64,000 nucleotides of DNA, from contig CM060734.1 of assembly GCA_030704615.1 (NCBI GenBank), forward strand, positions 20,150,001 through 20,214,000, given 5' to 3'. Each line of letters begins with the position of its first letter. Position 1 is the stretch's first letter. This document shows positions 35,082 through 47,600 of this stretch, piece after piece. Made by a program: the position numbers and the translations under genes. Under the pieces are notes generated by a model that was not told the DNA's origin, did no database searches, and was given only the letters and a program-made list of their open reading frames with translations. The DNA comes from Takakia lepidozioides (lineage: Eukaryota > Plantae > Bryophyta).

Positions 35082-35479
35082 ATGGTGTCTATTGAGGTTG
35101 TTGAAGATGACGAGGTGGAGGAAGAGAAAATTGAACGGAGACAAGAACCCACATCCAGCTTCAAGCACGAGGAGGTTGGCAGCGAGCCAGAGGAGCTTTC
35201 CGGATATCCGTCGGTGCCCCTGAGTGATGCAACAGCTGTGACGCATGATAATGGTAGGGATGATCTCTTTGAGTCACCTTCGTTTGCCTGTTGACAGTGG
35301 AGCTGTGATCAGGCCCACTCTTGTGGCTCATCCACATACTAGGGGATTCTTGTGGGCCGCAATTTTCAATCAATAATTCATCGTCATTTCCAAAGAATTG
35401 ACGTTGCGAAAGGCGATTACAGAGAAGAGCTGCATCAAATCTATGCTGATAGTTGCCACATGTAGGTGTGTGTGTGTGT

Positions 35480-35538
<59 letters not shown>

Positions 35539-38191
35539 TCCCTGCTGATTTGGATGGCTAAAGAGATGGCCGATAAGCAATCAGATTATGTTTTCCAGCC
35601 AAGCGAGTTCAGATCAAGGCCTCCCGTACATTAGTAGCCGAATTCCAAGTAAATTATACTGACAAGCCGCTGCAAATGCAACAAGATCAACTCCCAAAAT
35701 AACCTTGGTAAATCACAGTATCAAAACCGGCCCAGGCAATGTAATTTATATGAAAGGAAGGAAGGAAGGCAAAGGGACGAGATTGGAAGGTGCTTGTCCG
35801 TGAATTGTGTCCAGGGATCCCCACTCAGTTTGGATGGAACTGACACACAAAAGAGAGCAGGAGGGGGGAGGGGGGAGGATATGGGCTCAATGCATGTACC
35901 TGCTTTTTGTGAACCATAATTTATTTTACCATGCATGTGACAGCATGTCCTTGACTCCTTGATGTTTGAGACTATCTCATGAATTCAGAAGGATGAATCA
36001 TCCTTCTGCTTCAAAGCTTCTGAAATATCTGAAGTATGTCAGTTAGCATTCGACACGGTGGTGTATGTTTGCATTAGTAGTTTCTTATTCAGATGTACAA
36101 CATCGCTCTCATGTGTACCAGCCTTCAGAGGTTCATTCAGAATATGGCACTCATTGCCAACCATCTAGTCACAGGGGATTTGGTGTTGGTCTGTTTATGT
36201 GGTGAGTGTCAATATGGAAAGGGTTCTGTTTGCATTACAGGACACGGTGGTGATGAACTGTCAGTGATATACAGTCTAGCAGGGCATGCACCATTTGGTG
36301 GAGACAATGCAACCTCTACAAGTATACAAGAGAATATCCATGCCAATGTTTGAGAAACTTATGAATTTAATATTTCTTGGAGACTTTCATTTTCAGTAGT
36401 AGTGGAGGATGTGGCTAACTTAATTCATATTAAATCTCAGAGACTGGGCTACCTGCCAAATCAAAGAAGAAAGGAGAGGTGAATGGAGGCAGTAACGGTG
36501 AGGGAGATGGATGGGAAACTGCAAGTGAGGGTGATGACAGAGATGGTGCTGTTGATGAGAAAAGCTACAATGATGAAAGTCAAGATGACAGTGACAATGA
36601 AAATATAGCAACAACGTTGGGTGATACACAGGAGGATTTCGAAGACGCTTTGACAGAGGAAGAGCTGTGTTTGGTAAGTTTAATTTGGGTAACTATCTAT
36701 ACAGAGAGTGTTGGCCTCTTTCCAGTTTGCGCCATGGTAAAGATTTTACTGGAAGTACTTGTGGGTGACAGAATGAACTGGAGTTCCAAAGATAGGTCCC
36801 ATTGCAGTCTTCAGCAGTGCCCCCCCCCCCCCAACTCCCCCACCACTTTCTCTCCTTTCCTGCCCCATTCAAAGTGGGGACGGGTATGGTGCCAAGACTG
36901 CACCAGTCATGGTTTAACAAGCTTCTATCTCAACCTGCCATGAAATGCTAATAGTGTTCCCAGGTCAGGACCTCTGTAGTTTTTACACAGGGGTGTCAAA
37001 GTACGTGGAGGCTATGGGTTGCTATGCAAATGCGTTGGAGAGTGCACGAGACCATCCAGTTGCAAATGAGAAATATGCCATGTGTCACTCCAATTGTGCT
37101 ATGTGCCTACTCCAACTGGTAATGGTTCCCTCATCCCCCAAAGAAGTCCTCTATTAGGAAGGAATCCAGTGATATCCCTTGTAATTTCTCACTTCAATTT
37201 TTTCAAACTCACATAGGGTGATTGACAACTTCTTTTCGGCAAGCACTTGTCCAACCACTTTGTAAAAGCAAGTACATCCCACATAGGTAGCACATGAATT
37301 CACTGAGCCATGGAGCTGGTGATTGTTCTGAGACATGATTTGTGAATCCAACCTTCCAATACCTGATACTTTAGCGGGGTAAACTTGCAGCGGTTTCAGC
37401 TGATGAGTCTAAGGTGGGTTGGATGCAAAACTCTGCAGAGACAATATGCTGAAGCAGTGAAAGAGAGCACGGAAGCACTGAATTTGGATCCGAACTACGT
37501 GAAGGCACTTATGAGACGTGCACAGGCACAGGAGAACCTTGATAAACTTGAGGATGCCATTGCAGGTATGACTTGCACTATCCAGGTGCTTAGAAAGAGG
37601 CATCAAATATGAAGTGGAAGGGTAGGATTTGTGATAGACATACAGATTGACCAAGTGGGAAAGAGTGAGATGATGCAGAAGACCTCATTACTGTCGTTGA
37701 AAGTGTCCTTGTAGTTGACCTTTGATTTGCCATGTGCTTTTTTATGCCTACAGTTGACAGGTTTTTGGTTCAAAATAATGTCCCGATTCTTGTGCAGATT
37801 TGAACAAGGTGCTGGAGATAGACCCTGGAAACAGACAGGCCCGGGACACCATTCAGCGACTGGAGCCTATAGTTGCCGAAAAAAGAGAGAAAATGAAGGA
37901 GGAAATGATTGGTAAGTCACTTACTGCTGACATGTACGTGTATGTATGTGCATTCATCTGCAGATATATGATGTGTGTACTTGTGGACATGAATAGCCTT
38001 GGATGCACAGTCTTTGGGGCAATTATTGACAACTTTAAACAAGTAGTGATCTGCTTCCTGGATTTCTGTGAGCAGGAAAACTAAAGGAGCTAGGAAACTC
38101 CATATTGGGCCGCTTTGGGATGAGTGTTGATAATTTCAAGACTGTCCAAGACCCCAACACGGGTGCATACTCCATTTCCTTCCAGAAGTAA
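35082..38191 (+). CDS. TTC1: Tetratricopeptide repeat protein 1-like, about 6 exons; first TPR looks damaged
   Basis: Acidic N-terminus; YAEAVKESTEALNLDPNYVKALMRRA; C-terminus GKLKELGNSILGRFGMSVDNFKTVQDPNTGAYSISFQK*; GT-AG introns. Confidence 0.85.
35466..35535. repeat. Compound (GT)n(GA)n microsatellite in intron
   Basis: Direct sequence. Confidence 0.97.
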
Positions 38192-38453
38192 CAACTGTAG
38201 AGCATTCATACAGACAAGAAAGTGCGCAGATCAAGCAACCTCTGGATGGTTCTTGGTCTGATGGTTAACTTGTGGTTCTGACAATAGAGGGCCTGGCCTC
38301 TTAATAGACCGTGACTTTCCATGTAAGCTATAGCTACCACGAAGGTCTTGCCGCACTTGTGAGATGATGAAATATGTTGTCAGTAGAGTAGTAAAGGTAT
38401 GCGCTGATTCTCTCCTTTTGAAGAAACTAAGCTCTGTTCTTCTTCATAGTAAT

Positions 38454-40129
38454 AGTTATGGTGGAAAGTGCACGCTATGACAAAAGAATGGTCTATGTTT
38501 GCTTCGTGGACTTTCACAAAGCCTTTGATTCAGTTCCTCGGGACCTTCTCTTCCAACGGCTCCATAGAGTGGAAGTCCCTCCAGACATCCTTTGTGCCAT
38601 CTCTTCTATGTATGAGATTGTCACTGGCATGGTCAACGTCGCTGGTGAATTCTCAGCCGAGATCCACAGCAACATTGGAGTCAAACAGGGCTGCCCCCTT
38701 TCACCTACCCTGTTCGGGATCTACATTGACGCCTTGGAGAATTACATATCAAAAAACCATGGGGTTGGGGTCCCATTGGATGGGGGACCAACCCAATCAG
38801 ATCTCCTCTATGCTGATGATGTTGCCCTTTTGGCACAATCCCCGGTCTTTCTGCAACGCCATCTCAAAATTTTGGAACAGTTCTGCAAAGACTATGGGAT
38901 GCAGGTCAATCTTAGCAAGACCAAGATCATGGTCTTCAATGGCCAGGCTGATCGTAGATTCATCTTCAACCAGCAGGAAATTGAGATTGTGAAATCATAC
39001 CGGTACCTAGGTCTGGTTATCCACTCCCCCAAGTTTCACTTTGCAGCCACTGCCTTGGACAGGTTGACTAAAGGTAAGGCGGCCTCCGTCCGCCTTCAGG
39101 CCAAATGCAAGCAAATACATCTGCGGCATCACCCGACCAAAAAGTGGCTGTTTGACACCGTCGTCAGCCCTGCTACCATCTATGGTTGTGAGTTCTGGGC
39201 ACCTGGTGTCCCTGTCTCCTGGTGGGAAAAGAATTTGGAACCATTACAGTCATCTTTTCTCCAAGCAATGCTTGGCGCCAGGAGCACAACTCCATCTCAG
39301 ATCCTAGGTGCAGAGTTCGCATGTGTACCATTGCAATCCGAGGCCCTCTTCAGGCTTACAATCTTTCTCCATAGATTGCAGGCCCTTCCACCCAAAGGGC
39401 TAGTGGCAAGGGCCCTCACAACATCTATGAGGCTCAAAGCTGCAGGTTTCAGGAACTCCTGGTATGCTCGAGTGGACAGTTTATTTCAACATAACGGACT
39501 TTCTACTGCTATCCTATTACCAATGAACCCAGATGAGGTGGACATCACATCCAGACATGACCGCAACAGACTCATTCGGAGAGAGCTTATGGAATTACAT
39601 GTCAAGAGAACTTGGATGCTACCCAATCTCACGACAAAGCTCCACTTCTATCGAGAGACATTCTTGGTGCTCCGCGATGATAGAATCTTGAGACCAAATT
39701 ACCTTTCAGCACCCTTATCTCCTTCCCTCTTGAGGGCATTGGGGCGGTTCAGGGTGGGTTCCCACAACCTACGGATAGAGACTGTCAGATGGGAAAACCT
39801 GCAACGGGAGGACCGCCTATGTCCAGCTTGCATAGTGCGCAGCAAGGAAATTGAAACTGAAGAACACTTCTTCTTCTACTGCCCTCTATACTACGAGATC
39901 CGTGGGAGATTACACTGTTTATTCAGTGGAACCCAAACTCTCACTGATGTCTTTCACTATGAGGATCAAAAATGCGTGGCAGCCTACCTACACGAGGCCT
40001 TCACCCTTAGACAATCGCTAGAACATTAATTGTGGTTTCTGGATCTGTTCCTCTCTCATGTTTTCTTCCATTTTGTCCCATAAGCTCTACGAGCTTTCCG
40101 CGGACGTTATAAAGCACCATTTCATTTCT
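38454..40129 (+). mobile_element. 5'-truncated non-LTR retrotransposon (RTE-X-like LINE) with RT, C-terminal zinc finger and (TTTCA)n tail
   Basis: FVDFHKAFDSV, GVKQGCPLSPTLF, LLYADD, YRYLG, HNLRIET..CPAC..ETEEHF..CP; 523-aa open frame. Confidence 0.93.
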
Positions 40130-40338
40130 CTGCTGCCCTCTACATTGTATGCAATACTAGGGACTGATTTGTTGTTTTGGTGTACACTGTTGCACAACTG
40201 TCGTTAGTGCATTCAATTGGTAATCTGAAACTGGATTAGCAACAGTATTGCACTCGGCTGTTCATTGCATCCTTGTGAAGGCTTGAGTTCTGGAGTCTTG
40301 TAATTTAATTGACATCAGCATGACTCGGTTGTCTGCAG

Positions 40339-40770
40339 GTTGGAATGGTGTTGAATGAATCTATGCGGCTTTACCCTCCAGTTCCACATCTGACTCGGCA
40401 GGCCGCAAAAGACCTTTGGTTGGGCAATCTGCTCATCCCAAAAGGACTTACTCTTATCACCAACCAAGTCCAAATGCATCACGATCCACAGCTGTGGGGT
40501 GAGGATGCCCTTGAATTCAAGCCTGAGCGTTTTGCAGGAGGAATATCCAAAGCATCCAAGGTTGTGGGGGCGTTCATTCCCTTCTCAAGTGAGCCCCGCA
40601 ATTGTGTGGGCCAGAACTTTGCAGTAATGGAGGCCAAAGTGCTGCTAGCTATGATGGTACAGCGATTCTCTTTTCGCCTCTCTCCTTCTTACCGGCATGC
40701 CCCGCATGCTATGGTTACACTCACACCCGACTATGGGATGCCACTTATTGTGGAGCGACTGCAATCGTAA
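40339..40770 (+). pseudogene. Orphan last exon of a CYP72-clan cytochrome P450
   Basis: ESMRLYPP (ExxR), KPERF, FSSEPRNCVG (conserved G of FxxGxRxCxG is E); no upstream exons visible. Confidence 0.85.
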
Positions 40771-41650
40771 GTAAACCTCCTACAATGTCATGCATCAAGC
40801 TGAAGAACAACTCGCTATTCACCACTAACTCCGATGAGAAGGCTTGGAAGAACTACAGTCTGTAGCTTCATGAATTACATGTCATCAGTGTTTAGTCAAT
40901 TGACTTTCCTGATGAGTAGCAAGCCATCAGGCACAAATGTTTGAAGAAGTATGTTACATTCAAAACTGTTATTTAGTATAAGCGCCATACTCTGCTCCAC
41001 TTTGTGATCTCTTTGTTTTCTTTGGTCATATAACCCTACTCAACATTTGTGTGTATTCTGATTGGTCTTTATCTCTTGGAACTTACCCCTGCCAGGGTGC
41101 ACCGAGTGAAACACAGCCTGAAGCATAAAATAAAAATTCAAATTTTTTCATAACAGAAAATCCTTGCCCGAGGATGTTTTGACGACAATTTTCTGCCCTA
41201 TTTGAACCCGTCTATAATATACATCTTTCTCCTCACATCACAACAAGGTTTGCCATGCAGTCTTCAATCTGAACAGATCAGAGAGAGTGGTGGGGGGTAA
41301 TACATCACCTCCCAGCATCCATGTAACATCAGATGTAGTAACCTTAAGCCATCCATTGAACCTTGGGAATAGTACAGCTCAGTGGGTGCTTACCATAATT
41401 CACTGGAGAGGTCAATGTTAACTCGATGTTAACGACTATCAGTTCCACCTAAGGTGCAAAATAATGTGGTATGACCACCTTGAGGCTTGGAACAGAGCTA
41501 CGAAGATGCTTCAACCTTGTTATTTGACCAAATGTGAAGAGTGGGACTCCTCACACTTGGAATCAATCAATCAATTTCCTACGCCTAACCACATACTATG
41601 GTCTCCAGTCTCGAAATATCAAACCCAGCACGGTTTGAACATTGAAGTAT

Positions 41651-44600
41651 TCAGTCATAGGAGCTCAAGGCTGTGTCTAGCTGTTTGAGCAAGTTTAGCC
41701 CAAAGATGGTGTCTTCACAATTCACTTTGATGAGGATAGGGATCTCCTCCTTGTTGTCATCAGCATCAATGAGAGCAACTGAAATAAGACACATTAATGA
41801 CCCTGTCAAAGTCTCACCTGCAAAACGCAAACATAACCCCATTGGATCAGCAATTGGAAGAGTCACACAGACGACCGCAACATGGGAGCTACTCAAAATG
41901 CCGGCCGCTATACGTCGTGATACAAGTAATATTCTATCTTCTTCCATGGAGTTGCTGGAACTCGGAACCTCTGCAAGAGGTCTTCTCAAAAAGCACCTGT
42001 TCAACAAGCCACAGCATTGCATCAGAAGCAATTTCATTCAGTGGATTGAGGACGAACTTTAGAAACTCCTAGCCCTAGAGCCTCTAGAGCCACCAAATGC
42101 CTGGAACTGAAGAAGGTTCTAAAACAGCTGTATTACTATCTCTACGTGAGCTCTAAGGACTGGATCTGTGTATAGTGACACTGATATACATAGGCCTAAG
42201 CTGACAACCCGTAGGCAACCCTCTCTTGACAAAGCCCTATGGGGACAAGCCAAAATTTTAGGGAAGATACGAAGTAAATTGTTTGCTGCAGTGGGTTATA
42301 ACCTCACACTCACCTGCGGGAAGATTCATGCATCCCCGAGATGCGCAATTCAGCAGATGCAAAGGTCTCCGAATTCATTGATATTGGTCGGAGGAGAGCT
42401 CCTACTTCTGGCAAAAGCTTGACGAAAAAGGACGACTTGTCACAAACCACCGCAAGCCTGATGGGCGTCAATTGATGCCGGAAATCGACATGAAGGTTTG
42501 CCTCGGTCATGCTTCCAGGTGCTAAATCGGAGATCTCCTGTAGAGGAATCACCATCCGACTGTCTGTACTTGCTCCTGCCTGCAACCTGCACCCCGACCC
42601 AACCAAGTTGACTCATCTTAATGATGCCATTACTGTTTAACTAGTTCAACATTGACCTTTGAACTCATAGCGCTTCTCAAAACAAGACGATGAACAAAAA
42701 GTGAAAAAACAAAGAGGGGTATGAAACTTGACTCACGGGTAGGCAGCTCCAGCACCAGCATCAGCTGATCCAGCAGGTCCGGAACTCTCAGCAGCCCTGA
42801 CAGTTATCCGCGACACAGTTTCTGCTGACCTATTATGTACATACAGTCGTGCACACACCATGCTTTGTGAATAAATTGAGACTGTACGAGCAAAGCTATA
42901 TTTCACCTCTAAACCCCCTCCATTGGTAAAATCAAGAAGGGTTCGTATCTTTGGCGCCACATTGATTGGTCCCAAGGAGAGAGTGGCATAGTTTGAAATG
43001 CTCTCAGAGAAATCAGCTGTTGTGGCTTCCGCTCTCTCTGTTTCTGGAGCTCCTAACCATGACTCTAGATCAGTTCCCGAGGTCAATTGCCCAATGGAGA
43101 TCTCGCCTTTTTGATGATTCTCATTCTGTAACTGTGTATTGAACTTCTTGCCGGGGGTATCCAGATCAAGTGAAATCAACGGGGGGAGATGACTATCACT
43201 GTGCCTCTCTCTTGCATTGGTTACCCCTCCTTTCCCACGATGACCACCTCTCTGAGGACTTCCAGGCCGGCTAGACCGATCACTTGATCCTGATGAGGGC
43301 TCTTGTTGTGATTGATGACTCTCTTCCACCTCACTCAAGCTCTCTTCACTCCCAATCATGCGGACCTCACCACCTTCCTTATCAGTGAAACTGTTGCTAT
43401 CCTCACCTGTGGTTCCCAGACTCCCTGATGTTCCATCTGATCCCACTTCATCTGGTTCGCTCCCAGTGTAGTCACTGTTACCTGGTGGCCGCCCACCCAT
43501 GTCACGTTGTCCTCTATGCCATTTGTTCCTATTCCAAGATGGAACATCCCTAGGAGCATCTGCAGGATCTAAGTCCAAGGAGAGATTGATGCTATGGGAA
43601 GAGGGGAGGGGCCTATAGCCCGGTGCCGTGTGCTGGACAATATGAGACATTGAACCTGGCAGAAAAGCTGATCGGTCAGGTGCAAGCGATGGCAAAATGG
43701 GGGGTAGTTTTGGAACCAGCAAAATTTGGTCAGCTAGCTTGGCAAGGACCTTTGTATGTGTGTCATCCCTCACACGGGAATCCACAGATGTCCTTGGCAA
43801 GGCTTCCCCATTGCCAGTAATACAATCTTCAGGCTTCGGTTTTGACACCAAATCAGCCAAGGTATCACCCAACTCCAACACCTGCAGTCTCTCTGTTAAG
43901 TCAGAGGAAGTTTCCTTTTGTTTCTCTGAGAAGCCAGGTCTTAAAATTGAGACCAGTAGTCGCCGAAGCATGCGAGCACGGTCACGTACATCATTGTTGA
44001 CATCTTGACTTCCTAAGTTAAGAGTATAATCAAGTACCAGTGCTGCTGTCCTTCCCAATAGAGATTCTGAGGTTCCGTAGGATCGGAGCACCACCTGCAA
44101 ACAAGAAGGGGTTGTGAAGAAACATTACTGAATTTGTGCGCATCCAGTGATGCACATGCCCAAGACTGCAACCTTTCAAGTTACTCTTTTGAGAAACAAT
44201 AGGCACAATCTGAGTCATCAACATCAAGATCAAGTATCAATGTCCATCTAATTTGAAAACATATTTTGTGGCGGAGGAAGAGCTGCTCTGACTGATTGCT
44301 TCTGTGTATTCTTCTCACCTCACCCTAGTCCATACTGGAGCTGTATCTGTTTGTTCCCAAGAGAAAAGAATCACATCTCCTCTCTACGATAAATACAGGC
44401 CAGCCGAAGCCAGGAAAATTAGATCTTCAAATGTGGGTATTACCTGGTGAGGGTGCATAAGGGCTTTACAAGCCTAGTGCCTGATGAGGGGGCATGAGGA
44501 TCAAACACGAAAGTAAACACTAATTAAAAAAGCTACAACAGGATTAAATCCCACAAACACCAACAAATAGTCTGTAGGATAGCCTTTAAACTGAATACAG

Positions 44601-47600
44601 ATTACTGAGTCCCAGTGCCTACCTTGGCCGCACAGTTGAGGATCTGCAGCTTGGTTTCATCAGCCTCCTTTGTGAACGAACCTCCCAGATATAGTAAGAC
44701 AACCGGCAACATTTGAGCAATGCGTGCACTGCTCAAGCTGTATTCGCCTACCATCCATATGACAACCGCACGAGCTTCTGAAACTTTCATGTGGTCGAGA
44801 ATCCGGACAAGGCGAGCAAACACCTGAAAATAGAGAATTCCTAGTAAACAATCAAAGTGGCCTGGATACTTATTTCTGTTGCTAGAAAGGCCAATTGGAA
44901 AGCAAGGTGACTAACTTCTGGTCTTTCTGACATATGCATTGTTTAAAGATCTACAGCAATCCAAGAAGTATACCCTAGCAGACCTTCCACTGATGCCCCT
45001 TCGAGACCACATCAAAACATGGTTGACCTGATAAGCAGGGTCTGGCTCATGTTGTACAGATCACCAACAGTTTAACTTGCTTTTGGTTGCAATGTGAAAT
45101 AAGCCATCTTTCTCCACAGAGTTGTATGTACCTCTTTGACAAAGTACCCAACTGAGGCCATGTGAATGAAGCTAACATGCTCTTCCTCCGGAAAGAGATA
45201 GAGAAACAGAGAAAGACTTCTATGGAATGCACAAGAAAATACTAACTTGCCTCTTCCTGCTCAGCTGGATGTTGTTGCACAATTGTCCGAAGTGCCAAAA
45301 CTGCTTGAGCCACAACTGCCCCTTCACGGGTTCCCTTTTCTTGCATTGAAGATTTCAGATCCCCATGGAGAGCCCTGCCTGTGGAACCTGTGCGACTCTC
45401 ATCCCCTATGGTGACGGCATCATCTACTCCAGTGGCATCAACAAGAGCTCCTCTAGCTAGCATCAGGAGACCTTCCACACAAGCGGATGCTACTGCCGGC
45501 AAGCGCACAGCACATCGCCCTATTGCGCTCACAGTATCTGCAGCAAACTGTCGGTCTGGGTCCCTCACATAGGCCTGCACCCGGAAACACAAAGCAGTTT
45601 TCATGACAACCTTCAGATATGGAAGTCAGAATGTACCATGAACTCTCTCCCTTCAATATATGCCTTCTCACTGTTCTTGTTTTGCACTTTTCCAACGTGA
45701 AAGGGACTTGCATCACTACAGCCACTGTGCTGCTACAGCAAAGGTGAAGGACTACAGAGTAGCAGAACAGGAATAGCATGGTTCAAGTGTTATGTCAACG
45801 CCACCTTTACATCCACACACAATCCTCTGCAGCAGGAATCCCGCCAGCTATGCAGAGGCACTCAGTTGCATACATGGTAGTTTAGTACCCCACAAACCGA
45901 TTGCAGGGAGGACTACGATACTCAGTTTCACACTCCAAGTCTGTGTATGTTACTCAGATTGTGAACCTATACCTGGAATTCTTGAAGTATGGAGTGAATG
46001 GATGATTCTGTGGCAATGAGAGTCAAGATGTCAAGCTTCAATCCACGAAGAGGCCCTGTGTCTGAGGAGCGGACAAAAAAATCCTCATAATGAGCTTCGA
46101 ACAGAGACGGGATTGCAGTCACAAATGTCGCTATGTTGGCCAGAACCTACAGTCATAGCATCAATCAATGAACCACAAATTACACCTTTGTTGGAGGTTG
46201 AGAAAGATCAACTTAAGCTCTCCAGTTCTTTAGCTGCGTCTATGCGCTCAGAATGAGAGAGTTACGTACAGGCTCCCATGATAAGGGAGGGAAGAGAGAG
46301 AGAGAGGTAGAAACGCACTATTCTTTTTACAGGGCAAAGCCAGACGATGCTTTCGACCTGCTTTCATCTTCTCGAACAGCACTTGATTCACTATGTGAGG
46401 GGGAGAGACAGAGAAATGAAATGAAATGGTACTTTATAAAACCCGCAGGAAGCTCAAAGAGCTTACGGGACAAGAAGAAGAAAGAAAAAAGAACAGAAAG
46501 GTGCCACAAACAGCCCAAAAGCAACTAAAGCTCAAGGGATTGTCTAAGAGTCAATGCTTCATGCAGCTAAGCTGCCAAGCATTTCTGATCCTGACACAGA
46601 GCACGAAGAAATGAAATGAAATGAAATGAAATGAAATGGTACGTTATAACGTCCGCGGAAAGCTCAAAGAGCTTATGGGACAAAATGGGAAAAAGAAGAG
46701 AGAGGAAACCAAACCAGAGCCAAAAAACAGCCCAAAAGCAACCTACTAAGAAATGAAATGAAATGGTGCTTTATAACGTCCGCGGAAAGCTCATAGAGCT
46801 TATGGGACAAAATGGAAAGAAAAACATGAGAGAGAAAACAGGAAACCAGAGATAGAGATAAGAACTATTGTTCGAGTGATAAGAAATGAAATGAAATGAA
46901 ATGGTGCTTTATAACGTCCGCGGAAAGCTCGTAGAGCTTATGGGACAAAATGGAAGAAAACATGAGAGAGGAACAAATCCAGAAACCACAATTAATGTTC
47001 TAGCGATTGTCTAAGGGTGAAGGCCTCGTGTAGGTAGGCTGCCACGCATTTTTGATCCTCATAGTGAAAGACATCAGTGAGAGTTTGGGTTCCACTGAAT
47101 AAACAGTGAAATCTCCCACGGATCTCGTAGTATAGAGGGCAGTAGAAGAAGAAGTGTTCTTCAGTTTCAATTTCCTTGCTGCGCACTATGCAAGCTGGAC
47201 ATAGGCGGTCCTCCCGTTGCAGGTTTTCCCATCTGCCAGTCTCTATCCGTAGGTTGTGGGAACCCACCCTGAACCGCCCCAATGCCCTCAAGAGGGAAGG
47301 AGATAAGGGTGCTGAAAGGTAATTTGGTCTCAAGATTCTATCATCGCGGAGCACCAAGAATATCTCTCATAGAAGTGGAGCTTTGTCGTGAGATTGGGTA
47401 GCATCCAAGTTCTCTTGACATGTAATTCCATAAGCTCTCTCCGAATGAGTCTGTTGCGGTCATGTCTGGATGTGATGTCCACCTCATCTGGGTTCATTGG
47501 TAATAGGAAAGCAGTAGAAAGTCCGTTACGTTGAAATAAACTGTCCACTCGAGCATACCAGGAGTTCCTGAAACCTGCAGCTTTGAGCCTCATAGATGTT

